DNA of 64,000 nucleotides from an uncultured Clostridia bacterium. GTDB lineage: Bacteria; Bacillota; Clostridia; TANB77; CAG-508. Location of the stretch: the NCBI GenBank assembly GCA_944387525.1, contig CALXFF010000002.1, positions 8,954 through 72,953 of the forward strand. Reading direction: 5' to 3'. The notes beneath the pieces are model-generated. The model saw only the letters and a program-made list of their open reading frames with translations, did no database searches and was not told the origin of the DNA. The position numbers were made by a program, and so were the translations under genes. Shown here in pieces: positions 48,729 through 60,097 of the stretch. How positions within the stretch are numbered: position 1 is the stretch's first letter; every line of letters begins with the position of its first letter.

Positions 48729-48790
48729 TCAAGGTCCGTCCCTAAGTCCCTGTTTTCAGGGATTTAGAGGACCGTCCCCTTAATCCCTCT
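48729..48790. repeat. GGGAC-family repeat, module 2 (aggtccgtccctaagtccctgttttcagggatttagaggaccgtccccttaatccctc) abutting the infB stop
   Basis: Nested palindrome, read directly. Confidence 0.8.
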
Positions 48791-51755
48791 ATCTTTTTAT
48801 TTCTTCCATGATATAAACTTCTATAATGTCTCCTTCTTTAATGTCATTGTAGTTTTCTATTTGAATACCACATTCGAATCCTTTTGTTACTTCTTTTACA
48901 TCATCTTTGAATCTTCTTAATGTTGCTAAGTGTCCATCATGTATTACTACATTATCACGTATTACTCTTACTCCAGCATTTCTTTCTACTTTACCATTTA
49001 ATACATATGCTCCTGCAATAGTTCCTACATTTGATATTTTGAATGTTTGTCTTACTTCTGCATTTCCTATTACTTTTTCTTCGTATTTTGGATCTAACAT
49101 TCCTTTCATTGCTGATTCTACATCTTCTATTGCTTGGTAAATAATTGAATATTGTTTTATTTCTACTTCTTCTTTTTCTGCCATTTCTTTTGCCATATTA
49201 TCTGGTCTTACATTAAATGCTATTATTATTGCATTTGATACTTTTGCAAGTGTAACGTCTGATTGGTTTACTCCTCCAACTGCTGCGTGTATTACTTTTA
49301 CTTTTACTTCTTCATTTTCTAATTTTTCTAGTGATTGTTTTACTGCTTCAACAGATCCTTGTACATCTGCTTTTACAATTAGGTTTAATACTTTTAGTTC
49401 TCCTTCTTCCATTTTGCTGAACAAGTTATCTAATGTTACTTTTGAAGCGCTATTTATTGCTTTTTCTCTTGCTTGACGTTTTCTTCTTTCAATTAGATGT
49501 TTTGCCATTTTTTCGTTTTTAACTTCATAGAATGTATCTCCTGCTTCTGGTACTTCTGTTAATCCCATTATTTCTACTGGTGTTGATGGTCCAGCAGATT
49601 TTACACTTCTACCTTTGTCATCTTTCATTGCTCTTATTCTTCCTATTGAAGAACCTACAACTATTGTATCTCCTACATCTAATGTTCCTCTTTGTACCAA
49701 CATAGTTGCAATTGCACCTTTTGATTTGTCAAGTCTTGCTTCTATGACTGCTCCTTTTGCTTGTTTATTTGGGTTAGCTTTTAATTCTAATACATCTGCT
49801 TCTAATAATACCATTTCTAATAATTGGTCTATATTTGTATGTTGTTTTGCAGAAATCGGTACAAATATTGTATCTCCGCCCCATTCTTCTGGAACTAAGT
49901 CATATGCCATTAATTCTTGTTTTACTTTTTCTACGTTGGCATCTGGTAAGTCTATTTTGTTTATTGCAACAATTATTGGAATTCCAGCTGATTTTGCATG
50001 GTTTATAGCTTCAATTGTTTGTGGTTTTACTCCATCATTTGCAGCAACAACTAATATTGCAATATCAGTTATTTGAGCACCTCTTGCTCTCATTGCAGTA
50101 AATGCTTCATGTCCTGGTGTGTCTAAGAATGTTATTAATCTATCATTTACTTTTACTTGATATGCACCTATTGCTTGTGTAATTCCTCCAGCTTCACCTT
50201 CAATTACATTTGTTTTTCTAACAGCATCTAAAAGTGAAGTTTTTCCATGGTCTACGTGTCCCATAACAACTATTACTGGTGGTCTTGATTTTAAATCTTC
50301 TTCTTTATCTTCTGAGTCGTCAAATAAGATGTCTTCTTCTGTTACAACTTCTTTTTTCTTTGCAGTAATTCCAAATTCTCCTGCTACTAAGAATGCTGTA
50401 TCAAAGTCAACTTCTTGATTTATTGTTGCCATTATTCCATAACCTAATAGCTTTTTAATTACTTCTGCTGTTGTTTTTTTCATTTCAGCAGCTAAATCTT
50501 TAACTGTAATTGTTTCTGGGATTTCAATTTCTGTTAATTGGAAGATTTTTTGTTTGTTACGTGGTTCTTGATTTTTATTATTTTTCTTCTTTCCACGTCT
50601 TCCTCGTTCTGTTGTTAGGTCATAATAGTCTAGCATACCACCGTCTTGGTCATCAAACATATTAGATAGTCTATTTGTTTGTTTAAGGCTTTTTAATTTA
50701 CCTTCATCAAAGTCATTGTGTGAGTTGTTTCTTCTATTTTTATTTTTCTTTGTATTTTTGTTTTCTTCAAATCTATTATTATTTTTTTGTTTGTCAATTG
50801 ATTTGTTATATTCTCTAGTTGGCTCTTTTTCTATAGTTTCAGTTGCCATTATATTTTTAATATTTTTCTCAATCCCTTTTTCATCTAATGGTCTTCTTCC
50901 AAATCTCTCTCCATTATTATTTCTATTTTTATTAAATTTATTATTATTTCTATTGAAGTTATTATTATTTTGATTGTTATTTTGGCCTCTATTTCTATTG
51001 TTGTTATTTCTAAAATTATTTCTACCATTGCGGTCATCTTGATTTCTAGTGTCATTGTTTCTTGCTTTTGCAATATTTACATTATTATGGTCTTTAGCTA
51101 CTTTTTCACCTGAAGAAACATTTGTTGATGTCTCTGTTTTTTCAATTTTTACTTCTTGAGATGCTTTTTGGTCTACTTCTTCTTTAATTTTTGTTTCTTG
51201 TTTTACATCTTCTTTTATTTCTTCTTTTTCTTCTTTTTTAGGTTCTTCTTTTTTTAGACCAAACAATTCACTTACAGTCATAGGTTTACTTGGCTTATTA
51301 CGATAAACTATATTATAATCCTTGTTTTGTTTTCTCTCAACAAATCCTATATTATTTCTATTATTCTGTTTTTTATTTTCTTCTTTTTTTGTTTCTGGCT
51401 CTTCATTAATTATAACTTCTCTTCTTATTATAACTGGAGCTTTTTCTTCTTTCTTTGACTCTTTTTTTGTTTTTTCTGATTTTTCAGATTTCTTTTTTTC
51501 TTGTTTTTCTGAGTCTTTTTTAGTAGTTTCCTTTTTCTCATCAGACTTTTTGTCTTCTTGCTTTTTATCTTCTTTTTTAGTTGCTCCATTTTTAGATATT
51601 TCTTTTTCTATTTTATCTGCTTCGTCTTGTTCTACTCCACTTAAATGACTTTTTGCTTCAATATTTAATTTTTTAGCTACTTCTAATACTTCTTTACTTG
51701 TTAATCCTAATTTTTTTGCTATTTCGTGTATTTTTATCTTACCCAATAGCTTCAC
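48789..51755 (-). CDS. infB: Translation initiation factor IF-2 (GTG start; Asn/Lys-rich low-complexity N-terminal region)
   Basis: GTPase motifs [14 protein letters not shown] and DTPGHEAF. 988 aa. Confidence 0.95.
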   Translation of the reverse strand: MKLLGKIKIHEIAKKLGLTSKEVLEVAKKLNIEAKSHLSGVEQDEADKIEKEISKNGATKKEDKKQEDKKSDEKKETTKKDSEKQEKKKSEKSEKTKKESKKEEKAPVIIRREVIINEEPETKKEENKKQNNRNNIGFVERKQNKDYNIVYRNKPSKPMTVSELFGLKKEEPKKEEKEEIKEDVKQETKIKEEVDQKASQEVKIEKTETSTNVSSGEKVAKDHNNVNIAKARNNDTRNQDDRNGRNNFRNNNNRNRGQNNNQNNNNFNRNNNKFNKNRNNNGERFGRRPLDEKGIEKNIKNIMATETIEKEPTREYNKSIDKQKNNNRFEENKNTKKNKNRRNNSHNDFDEGKLKSLKQTNRLSNMFDDQDGGMLDYYDLTTERGRRGKKKNNKNQEPRNKQKIFQLTEIEIPETITVKDLAAEMKKTTAEVIKKLLGYGIMATINQEVDFDTAFLVAGEFGITAKKKEVVTEEDILFDDSEDKEEDLKSRPPVIVVMGHVDHGKTSLLDAVRKTNVIEGEAGGITQAIGAYQVKVNDRLITFLDTPGHEAFTAMRARGAQITDIAILVVAANDGVKPQTIEAINHAKSAGIPIIVAINKIDLPDANVEKVKQELMAYDLVPEEWGGDTIFVPISAKQHTNIDQLLEMVLLEADVLELKANPNKQAKGAVIEARLDKSKGAIATMLVQRGTLDVGDTIVVGSSIGRIRAMKDDKGRSVKSAGPSTPVEIMGLTEVPEAGDTFYEVKNEKMAKHLIERRKRQAREKAINSASKVTLDNLFSKMEEGELKVLNLIVKADVQGSVEAVKQSLEKLENEEVKVKVIHAAVGGVNQSDVTLAKVSNAIIIAFNVRPDNMAKEMAEKEEVEIKQYSIIYQAIEDVESAMKGMLDPKYEEKVIGNAEVRQTFKISNVGTIAGAYVLNGKVERNAGVRVIRDNVVIHDGHLATLRRFKDDVKEVTKGFECGIQIENYNDIKEGDIIEVYIMEEIKR

Positions 51756-52059
51756 CCCCGTTATTTATTTTTTGTATCTCGCTTGCTAAATTGATATCTT
51801 CAATTCCTAAAATAGCTTTATTGCTTTTTCCTATTGCTTTACTTAAATCTTCAATTGTTTGTGTTATAATTATTGGTACATTATATTTTTCACTAATTTT
51901 TTGGAATTTTTCTTTTGTCCTTGATGAGGAGTCTTGTGCTAGAATAATTAAATACACTTTATTTTTTTGTGCTTCTAATTCTACACTATCTGCTCCAAAT
52001 GATACTTTTCTAGCTCTTGCAGCTAAACCTATTAAACCTAATATTTTACTATTTTTCAA
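51739..52059 (-). CDS. ylxQ: L7Ae-family RNA-binding protein YlxQ
   Basis: Position and sequence typical of ylxQ in the nusA-infB operon. Confidence 0.75.
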   Translation of the reverse strand: MKNSKILGLIGLAARARKVSFGADSVELEAQKNKVYLIILAQDSSSRTKEKFQKISEKYNVPIIITQTIEDLSKAIGKSNKAILGIEDINLASEIQKINNGGEAIG

Positions 52060-52309
52060 GCATTACACCTCTTAATCTTTCATAGATTTCATCTGGTATT
52101 TTCTGTTCAAATACTTTTTCAATTCTCTTTGTTTTAATTGCTTTTTCAAGACAAGTTATACTATCACAAATATATGCGCCTCGTCCTTCTAATTTACCAG
52201 TTTTGTCTATATTTATTTCATTTTGTTTATTTTTTACAATTCTTATTAAATTCTTTTTGTCCTTTTTTTCATTACATCCCATACATGTTCTTTGAGGTTG
52301 TTTTTTCAT
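52049..52309 (-). CDS. ylxR: YlxR-family RNA-binding protein (DUF448)
   Basis: CMGCNEKKDKKNLIRIV motif. 86 aa. Confidence 0.75.
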   Translation of the reverse strand: MKKQPQRTCMGCNEKKDKKNLIRIVKNKQNEINIDKTGKLEGRGAYICDSITCLEKAIKTKRIEKVFEQKIPDEIYERLRGVMLEK

Positions 52310-52344
52310 TTTGTACCCTCCTTTATTTTTATGTATAGACTTTA

Positions 52345-53499
52345 CTATTCTGCGTTTTCTTTTTTGTTAACTTCTTCTTCATTTTCACTATTTACATTTG
52401 CTTCTTCAGCTTTTTCTGTTTCATTTTGTGCGTTCATTAGCATTTCTCTAAATTGTGTTTCTGATTTAATATCAATTTTCCAGTTAGTCAATTTTGCTGC
52501 TAATCTTGCATTTTGTCCAGATTTTCCGATAGCTAATGATAATTGGTCATCTGGAACTATTACTTGTGCAAATTTTTCTTCTGGTTTTATATCAACTGCT
52601 AATATTTTTGCAGGTAATAAACTTGATGCAATGTATATTGATGGATCTTCATTCCATTCAATAACATCTATTTTTTCTCCATTTAATTCATTAATTACAT
52701 TTTGAATTCTTACACCTTTTTGTCCAACACATGAACCTACTGGATCTATATTTGGATCTGGTGAATATACAGCTACTTTACTTCTATATCCTGGATCTCT
52801 TGATACACTTTTTATTTCTATTACCCCTTCATAAATTTCAGGTATTTCAAATTCTAGTAGTTTACGTACAAAGTCTGGATGGCTTCTTGATACTATTACT
52901 TGTGGTGCACCTTTTGAACCCTTTTCTACATCTAATACATATCCTTTTATTTTATCATTTACTTTATAATGTTCTGTTGGTATTTGTTCTTTTGATGGCA
53001 TAACTCCTTCTAATTTTCCTAAGTCCATTACTACTATATTTCTATCTGCTTTTTGAATCAACCCTGTAACAATTTCACCTTTTCTATCATTATATTCATT
53101 AAATATAATTTCTCTTTCTAATTCTCTTAGTTTTTGAATTATTACTTGTTTTGCTGTTTGAGCAGCAATTCTACCAAAATTTCTTGGTACTATTTCAATT
53201 TCTACTGTTTCTCCTTCTGATATATCAGGATTTATTTTTTTTGCTTCTTCCATAGAAATTTGTGTTTCACTATTTTCTACTTTTTCTACTGCTTCTTTTA
53301 TTGAATATACATGTGTTGCTCCTGTTTTTCTGTCCATTTCTACTCTTACGTTTTCTAATGAATCAAAATTTCTTTTATATGCTGTAACTAATGCTGTTTC
53401 TATTGATTCTAATAAGTATTCCTTTTTTATTCCTTTCTCTTTTTCTAAATCTTCTAGTGCAATAATTAGTTCTTTATTATCTATTGCTGGCTCTTTCAT
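52345..53499 (-). CDS. nusA: Transcription termination/antitermination factor NusA
   Basis: S1 and KH domains (...GSCVGQKGVRIQ...LAIGKSGQNARLAAKL). Confidence 0.95.
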   Translation of the reverse strand: MKEPAIDNKELIIALEDLEKEKGIKKEYLLESIETALVTAYKRNFDSLENVRVEMDRKTGATHVYSIKEAVEKVENSETQISMEEAKKINPDISEGETVEIEIVPRNFGRIAAQTAKQVIIQKLRELEREIIFNEYNDRKGEIVTGLIQKADRNIVVMDLGKLEGVMPSKEQIPTEHYKVNDKIKGYVLDVEKGSKGAPQVIVSRSHPDFVRKLLEFEIPEIYEGVIEIKSVSRDPGYRSKVAVYSPDPNIDPVGSCVGQKGVRIQNVINELNGEKIDVIEWNEDPSIYIASSLLPAKILAVDIKPEEKFAQVIVPDDQLSLAIGKSGQNARLAAKLTNWKIDIKSETQFREMLMNAQNETEKAEEANVNSENEEEVNKKENAE

Positions 53500-53596
53500 T
53501 TTCCTACCATTCCTTTCTTCTTTACTAAATTTATTTTAGTTACAATTATATTTTCTTAATTTATTAGGATATTATATTAAATAATTGTAACAATAT

Positions 53597-54046
53597 TTAC
53601 CAATTATATACGGTCTTTATTTGAGCTATATTTTTACGTTCAATTGGCTCTTCATTTTCCAATACAATTTCATTTTCGTTAAAATCTTTCAATATTCCTT
53701 GATATTCCTTTTTTCCTTGAATATCTTTTCTAAAAAGTTTTACATGTACTTCTTTTCCTATATTTTGTTTTAGGTGTTTATCTTTTCTTAATATCCTTTC
53801 AATCCCAGGTGAAGACACTTCTAAAAAGTACTGATCTTTTATATAATCTGCTTTATCTAATAAATCATTTATTACATCATTTACCTTTTCACAATCTTTT
53901 AAATCTATTCCATCTGGTTTATCTATAAAGATTCGTAAGAAAAAGTTTTTTCCTTCTTTTGCATATTCCACATCATATAAGTCATATCCATTTTTTTCAA
54001 TTTCATCTTTCAAAAGATTTTCTACTTTTTCTTCAATATTTGCCAA
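53597..54046 (-). CDS. rimP: Ribosome maturation factor RimP
   Basis: 149 aa. Conserved position upstream of nusA. Confidence 0.8.
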   Translation of the reverse strand: MANIEEKVENLLKDEIEKNGYDLYDVEYAKEGKNFFLRIFIDKPDGIDLKDCEKVNDVINDLLDKADYIKDQYFLEVSSPGIERILRKDKHLKQNIGKEVHVKLFRKDIQGKKEYQGILKDFNENEIVLENEEPIERKNIAQIKTVYNW

Positions 54047-54206
54047 TGTGTTCTCCTTTCTTTGTTTTGGTTTTAAACTGACTGAAGAGTGGGATTTGTT
54101 CCCACTCTTCTAGTCTCTTCATGTTCTTTAATATTATACCCAATTTTTGGCATAAATGCAAGTATTTTTGAAAATTTGTTTAATATTTTCGTAAATATTT
54201 ATCTTT

Positions 54207-55475
54207 TTAAACTTTTTCAGCCATTTCAGTTGCCTCTGCACTTCTGCCTGAGTTTCCAATTTTAATATTTCTAACATGGTCGATTTTCTCCCATGATGTT
54301 TCTCTTTTAAATAAACATTTAAAGTTTATTAGTAACCATGATCCCATGAATAATGGATAACAAATTAATCCTTTAATCATTGGTTTTATAGGTCTTCTAT
54401 CTAATAGCATTGCTATAACTGCTGTACCGATTGGTAATAAGAATGTTGGTACTAAGAATTTTACTATGTTTATAACTAATTCTTCATCTGTCATTCCATT
54501 TCCTGCATACATTAAAAAGTTTGTTGCTAATATTATTAAAGTAATTATAAACATTGGTATACTTCCTATTATATATAAGAAACCATCAAAATTCATCATT
54601 GTTTTATTTTCTTTTGCAGCTTGTGCAAGTTGTTTTGTATATTCCTTTATACATTGCATATGTCCAACAGTCCATCTGCTTCTTTGTGACCAACTTTGTG
54701 CAAATCCAGTTGGTTGTTCGTCATAACAAATTGCTTCTGTTGACCATCCTAGTTTTTTACCTTTTATTATTCTTTTTAAAGAGAATTCAATGTCTTCAGT
54801 TAATGTTACTGTTTTTAAACCTTTTTCTGGTTTTATAACATCAAATCTTACCATAAATCCTGTACCATTTAATAATGGTGATAATCCTAAATTATATCTT
54901 GCTAAATGATAAAATCTATGCATTGTCCAGTAAAATAACGCATATCCTGCTGATATCCAGTTGTCTGTTGGATTTTTAATATCTCTATAACCTTGAACTA
55001 CATCTTCTCCTTGACATAGTTTTTTATTCATTGCTTTGATAAAGTTTGGATCTACTATGTTGTCTGCGTCAAATACAAAGAATGCATCATAGTCAGCATT
55101 TTCATCAATTTTTTGTTGTAAAAACCAATCTAATGCATATCCTTTTGTTTTCTTTGTTTCATCAAATCTTTCATATACTATTGCACCTGCTTCTTTAGCG
55201 ATTTTTGCTGTGTTGTCTGTACAGTTATCTGCAATAACATATATATCATATAAATCTTTATCATAGTTTTGATTTTTTAAGCTTTCAATTAAGTTTCCAA
55301 CTACGGCTTCTTCGTTATGCGCTGGTATTATAGCCATAAATTTGTGATTTTTGTTTACTTTTAATGGTTTTTCTTTTATTTTTACAAGTGAGCATAAACT
55401 TACCATTATTTGATATAACCAGAATATTGTAATTATCCATAACAATGCTTCTCTTAGTATATATAAATAATCCAT
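54207..55475 (-). CDS. Family 2 glycosyltransferase, integral membrane (processive, PgaC/IcaA / cellulose-synthase-like)
   Basis: GT2 DxD region (YVIADNCTD) and QxxRW-like QRSRW motif. Multiple TM segments. Confidence 0.75.
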   Translation of the reverse strand: MDYLYILREALLWIITIFWLYQIMVSLCSLVKIKEKPLKVNKNHKFMAIIPAHNEEAVVGNLIESLKNQNYDKDLYDIYVIADNCTDNTAKIAKEAGAIVYERFDETKKTKGYALDWFLQQKIDENADYDAFFVFDADNIVDPNFIKAMNKKLCQGEDVVQGYRDIKNPTDNWISAGYALFYWTMHRFYHLARYNLGLSPLLNGTGFMVRFDVIKPEKGLKTVTLTEDIEFSLKRIIKGKKLGWSTEAICYDEQPTGFAQSWSQRSRWTVGHMQCIKEYTKQLAQAAKENKTMMNFDGFLYIIGSIPMFIITLIILATNFLMYAGNGMTDEELVINIVKFLVPTFLLPIGTAVIAMLLDRRPIKPMIKGLICYPLFMGSWLLINFKCLFKRETSWEKIDHVRNIKIGNSGRSAEATEMAEKV

Positions 55476-55637
55476 TTTCTACCTCTCTTTTATTTTTTCG
55501 TTTATTTAATATTATTATGCTACCTTTTCTATTATACTATTATTGTTAAAATTTTGCAATAATTTTGCGTGATTTTTCTTAATTTTTGCGTGATTTTTTT
55601 AAGTTTTTCTTTTTGTTATGTATTAAATTTTTTAAAA

Positions 55638-56381
55638 TTACCCTTTTTTGGCCTTTATACCATATAAAATTCTCTTTAAATGTATTCCTCTATCACTTTT
55701 ATATTTTTCTACATATATATTAAATTTTTCATAGTCTTTTTCCATCTTTCCAAAGTCAGGAATAATTGGCGTATTGTTTAGTAAAAACAATAAATCTTCT
55801 TCTGTTTCATAATATTCATCTTGCACAATATCATAAAATTTGATATCTTTAGCTTTACTTTTAATTAAGTCCGATTTATCTTGCTCTCTTTGTTTTATTG
55901 TTTTTTCAAATCCTTGTCCTCTACCAAATATTTTTTTCAATTCTATGCAATCATCTTCATCTACTTGTTCTGAAATAAGTATTCCACCACTTTTTAATAC
56001 TCTAAAAACTTCATTTGAGTTAAATGGTGTATGTCTAGCGCATACCATATCAAAAAAGTTATTTGGAAATTTAATTTCATTGGAATCCATTTCAAAAAAC
56101 ATAGCATCTTTTCTTTCTTTTGAATTTTCTTTTGCTCTATTAATCATTTCTCTTGAAAAATCCGTTCCAATTATTAATTTAGCATTCTTTATATTATTTA
56201 AAATTTTTTCTCCTCCACCGGTTCCTATGTCTAATATTATTTTTCCTTCGCTTTCTTTATTTATCTCATCAAAATATTGAAAAGCACTATTATCGACCAT
56301 TTTACATTTTATATTAGAAAAATCCCAACCTATTGTTTTTCCTATTTTGTTATAAAATTCTTTTTCTTCATTTTTTCCCAT
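55638..56381 (-). CDS. Class I SAM-dependent methyltransferase
   Basis: ILDIGTGGGE motif I. Confidence 0.7.
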   Translation of the reverse strand: MGKNEEKEFYNKIGKTIGWDFSNIKCKMVDNSAFQYFDEINKESEGKIILDIGTGGGEKILNNIKNAKLIIGTDFSREMINRAKENSKERKDAMFFEMDSNEIKFPNNFFDMVCARHTPFNSNEVFRVLKSGGILISEQVDEDDCIELKKIFGRGQGFEKTIKQREQDKSDLIKSKAKDIKFYDIVQDEYYETEEDLLFLLNNTPIIPDFGKMEKDYEKFNIYVEKYKSDRGIHLKRILYGIKAKKG

Positions 56382-56384
56382 ATT

Positions 56385-57278
56385 TTAAAACTCCCACTTT
56401 GGCACATATTCTTCTTCATGTTCGCCTAATTCTTGTATAAATCCATTTTCTATTCCTAGTTTTTCAACATAATCTTCAATCTCTTTCCATTCTTCTTTTG
56501 TTAATTTTCTATTTAATTCTTCTACTTCTTTTGCTTTATATGTTGGAAAATATTGAGCCATTATGCTAACATATGTATAATCTTCCATATTTTCTTTTAT
56601 CCATTGTAAAACCTTTTTACTATTTTCAATATTATTAGGTAATACTAAATGCCTTATAATCATGCCTTTTTTCATTATTCCATTTTCATCAAATACTGGT
56701 TTGCCAACTTGTCTTTGCATTTCTTTTAGAGCTTTTGTTATTATTTCAAAATAATTATCTATTTTAGAATATTTTTTTGCTATATCATCAAAATAATATT
56801 TAAAATCTGGCAAATAAATATCTACATATCCTTCTAACATTTTTAAAGTTTCTACTTTTTCATATCCATTTGTATTATAAACAATTGGAATATTAAGTCC
56901 ATTTTGCTTTGCAATCTTAATTGCTTCAATAATTTGTGGTACATAACTTGTAGGTGTTACTAAGTTTATATTTTCTACATCTTTTTCCTGTTGTTTTATA
57001 AAAATTTCTGCTAAATCTCCAATAGATATTTCTTTTCCTTTTCCTAATTGACTAATTTCATAGTTTTGGCAAAAAATACAGTTTAAATTACAATTAGAAA
57101 AAAAGACCGTTCCAGAGCCTTTTTCTCCACTAATACATGGTTCTTCAAAATTATGGGTTGAATATAATGCTATTTTTATTGTGTCTTTTGATTTGCATCT
57201 ACCTATTTGATTTTCATTTCTATTTATATTACATTCGTGTGGACATATTTTACACTTCGTTAGATACTTTTTGTACAT
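56385..57278 (-). CDS. Radical SAM protein (PflX-like; CxxxCxxC = CNLNCIFC, plus an N-terminal CPHEC...C cluster)
   Basis: Motifs read directly. 297 aa. Confidence 0.65.
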   Translation of the reverse strand: MYKKYLTKCKICPHECNINRNENQIGRCKSKDTIKIALYSTHNFEEPCISGEKGSGTVFFSNCNLNCIFCQNYEISQLGKGKEISIGDLAEIFIKQQEKDVENINLVTPTSYVPQIIEAIKIAKQNGLNIPIVYNTNGYEKVETLKMLEGYVDIYLPDFKYYFDDIAKKYSKIDNYFEIITKALKEMQRQVGKPVFDENGIMKKGMIIRHLVLPNNIENSKKVLQWIKENMEDYTYVSIMAQYFPTYKAKEVEELNRKLTKEEWKEIEDYVEKLGIENGFIQELGEHEEEYVPKWEF

Positions 57279-57951
57279 ATATATTATCGCCCTCTTTTTT
57301 TAGTGTTACTATTTTTTTAGTGAATTTATCTAAATTATTTTTTACTATATCTTGACTACTGCTTTCTTGGTTTTCTTCTACTTTTCCTATTTCTTCATCA
57401 TTTAAATTTCTGATAATTATTTGAAAATTTTGCATTCTTGTATTTTCAGTATTTTCAATATTTTCCTGAGAGTAATCTTCTAGATATTCTACTATTTCAA
57501 CTTCATATCCAGTATCTGTTTTGTTTATCTGATTTAATAAAAAACAATCTTCCTCTTGGTCTAGTCCCATTCCTGTTGCATAATATTTATCTGTTTCTGC
57601 ATCATATGTAAAATTTTCTGTGCCTTCTCTTGGGAATTCTTTTGTGAAATCTGGACCGAATAGTTCTTTTGCTTTTTCTTGAATTTGTTCATAGCTTAAT
57701 TCATAATCTTCAAGATTCTTTTTTACCACTTCCCATGTCCACATATCGCTTGCTTCATTTATATTTTCGAATGTAGGTAATGCTTCATTAGTCACTTCTC
57801 TCCACATATATATTTTTGTTATGTATGTTTGTATTTGCTCTATTTCTTGTACACTTATTTGATTGTTTGTACTTATTGCCATATTTCTATATATTATCAT
57901 TCCAACAAATATTATTAATAAAATTACTATTGCGACAATCATTTTTCTCAT
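57250..57951 (-). CDS. Membrane-anchored hypothetical protein (N-terminal TM, acidic C-terminus)
   Basis: ORF. Overlaps the radical SAM gene start by 29 nt. Confidence 0.45.
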   Translation of the reverse strand: MRKMIVAIVILLIIFVGMIIYRNMAISTNNQISVQEIEQIQTYITKIYMWREVTNEALPTFENINEASDMWTWEVVKKNLEDYELSYEQIQEKAKELFGPDFTKEFPREGTENFTYDAETDKYYATGMGLDQEEDCFLLNQINKTDTGYEVEIVEYLEDYSQENIENTENTRMQNFQIIIRNLNDEEIGKVEENQESSSQDIVKNNLDKFTKKIVTLKKEGDNIYVQKVSNEV

Positions 57952-57997
57952 TTTCTTACATTCCTCTCATGTTTTTATCTTTCGATTGTCATTTTAT

Positions 57998-58048
57998 CAT
58001 TTCAATGGGAACGTGTCAAATGAAAGATTTGGCACGTCCCTAACAGCT
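57998..58048. repeat. GGGAC-family repeat, module 3 (aatgggaacgtgtcaaatgaaagatttggcacgtccctaacag) overlapping the HK stop codon
   Basis: Same module as 28322-28378. The HK TAG lies in cctaa. Confidence 0.75.
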
Positions 58049-60061
58049 CCATTCCATCACAACTTTAAATAAATCACCATCTATAACAATATCAAATGTT
58101 CCTTTTTGTAGTTCAGTTAGACTTTTTGCAATAGATAAACCTAATCCGCTTCCTTCAGTATATCTTGATTTATCGCCTCTAACAAATCTTTGCATTAATT
58201 CGTCACTACTAATATTTAGTCTGTCTTTAGAAATATTTTTTATACTAATATTAACTTTTTTATTTGTCTTTTTCACATCAATATATACTCTTGAATTTTC
58301 TTGTGCATATTTACTAATATTACTAAATAGGTTTTCCATAATCCTAAACATATATCTATTATCAGCATCTATTCTTACATCTTCCTTTGGCATATCTGTT
58401 TCTATTTGAAGATTTCTACTTTCAAGTCTATCTTTAAATTCTCCAATTGTTTGATTTATTAATTCTTTGATATTTATGCTTTCAATGTTCAATTTAACAT
58501 TTCCAGAAGATGCTTTTGACGCTTCAACTAAATCTTCTGTTAATTTTTTAAGTCTTTGTGATTTAACATCTAAAATATCTATATATTCTTTAATTTTTTC
58601 ATCTTTTATATCTTCTTTTTTCAATAAATCTACATAGTTTATTATAGATGTTAATGGTGTTTTTATATCATGTGATACATTTGTGATTAATTCTGTTTTT
58701 AGTCTTTCTGCCTTCAAATTTTCTTCAATTGCGTTTTTAAATCCTCCTGCTATATCATTGATATATATTGCCATTTCTTTTAAAGCTCCTTCAAGTTCTT
58801 GTTCGTTTATGTGAACATTGGTATCCCCGTCGTAGATTTTTTTTAAAGTTTCTTTAAGCATTTCTTCTTGCCTTACATATTTTCTTAATTGATAATATGC
58901 CCATATCCAGAAAGCTATTAAGATTAGTATTGCTATTCCTGTTACAAACATACTTAGAAGTATTGTTGTTATTAACACAAATCCCCAATAAAGCCAGAAT
59001 ATCTTTTTAGTGTTATCTGTTTTGTTTTTAAATTCGTCTATATATTTTTTTATCTTATTTTTAAACCATCTTAATATTTTATATGTTAAAAAGCTTCTCC
59101 AAAATTGTTTTGCTTTTATTCTTTTTATTGTTGTGATTGTTAATCCTGCTGTCATTACATAACAAATTATATATGAAATTATTAGTATTGTTACAAATAT
59201 ATAGTTAAAACTATCTGTTACACTATTTACTGCTATTGCCCAGAACATTGGTATTATGCAGCAAAATAGTAAAAATACTAATTCATATGGAAGTTCGTCT
59301 ATAAAGTCTAATGTAATTCCTTCTTTTCCTTTTTTGTGTCCAATTGCCCATAATAGATATATTCCTATTATTGTTAATAATATTAAACTGATTGATAATG
59401 CAAATACCGGTAATTTTTGATTTGAAGTAACAAATTGATATATGTCTTGTGTGGTTACAAAATCAAATGATTGCTCTGTTCTTGCTTGATTATATGATGT
59501 GTATATATTATAATCTTTTAAAGTTTTTGATGTTTCATCTATTAAGTCTGGAGTATCATTCATTTCATGATAATATGTGTAATCATATTTCATATTATCT
59601 TGGTTCATATAATTTATGTCTGTTTGTATCTGTCCTTCTACCATGTTCCAATAATATGGATTTGAACTGTTTTCATTCATAGTTTGTTGATAGTCATTAC
59701 TTTTTATGTTTGTATACATGTTTCCTGTTTCTTTATCTATTATTATATAATTTATACAAATTTCAGAGTCGGAATAGTAGTCCTCTGAATAATAATATTT
59801 TTGTCCTTTTGAATCTTCTAATTGTATGTATTGCCCTGTTTCTTCACTTCTTTCGGCTTTTCCAACTTTATCTAACACAGCGTAAAAATATTTATCTGCA
59901 AACCATTGGCTTTGCTTATATTCTGTTTGTGTATTTCCATCTCTTTGATATTCATTTAAATATGATATATGAACAATGCTAAGAAATAATATTGCAGCTA
60001 ATATCGGAATTAATATATAGCATAATATTTTTAAAATAGATGATTGTCTTAATTTCTCCAT
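58040..60061 (-). CDS. Sensor histidine kinase (multi-TM, large N-terminal sensory region, HisKA + HATPase_c)
   Basis: H-box LITNVSHDIKTPLTSI. G2 box GSGLGLSIAKSL. Confidence 0.85.
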   Translation of the reverse strand: MEKLRQSSILKILCYILIPILAAILFLSIVHISYLNEYQRDGNTQTEYKQSQWFADKYFYAVLDKVGKAERSEETGQYIQLEDSKGQKYYYSEDYYSDSEICINYIIIDKETGNMYTNIKSNDYQQTMNENSSNPYYWNMVEGQIQTDINYMNQDNMKYDYTYYHEMNDTPDLIDETSKTLKDYNIYTSYNQARTEQSFDFVTTQDIYQFVTSNQKLPVFALSISLILLTIIGIYLLWAIGHKKGKEGITLDFIDELPYELVFLLFCCIIPMFWAIAVNSVTDSFNYIFVTILIISYIICYVMTAGLTITTIKRIKAKQFWRSFLTYKILRWFKNKIKKYIDEFKNKTDNTKKIFWLYWGFVLITTILLSMFVTGIAILILIAFWIWAYYQLRKYVRQEEMLKETLKKIYDGDTNVHINEQELEGALKEMAIYINDIAGGFKNAIEENLKAERLKTELITNVSHDIKTPLTSIINYVDLLKKEDIKDEKIKEYIDILDVKSQRLKKLTEDLVEASKASSGNVKLNIESINIKELINQTIGEFKDRLESRNLQIETDMPKEDVRIDADNRYMFRIMENLFSNISKYAQENSRVYIDVKKTNKKVNISIKNISKDRLNISSDELMQRFVRGDKSRYTEGSGLGLSIAKSLTELQKGTFDIVIDGDLFKVVMEWSC

Positions 60062-60097
60062 TTTTGCTTCATTCCTTTCTTTCTAATTTTATTGTAA

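Noticed and set aside
48789-48791. Apparent 1-nt discrepancy between my hand-counted stop position of infB and the ORF-track coordinate
   Set aside because: Most likely my own indexing slip within the long lines. The track coordinates were used.
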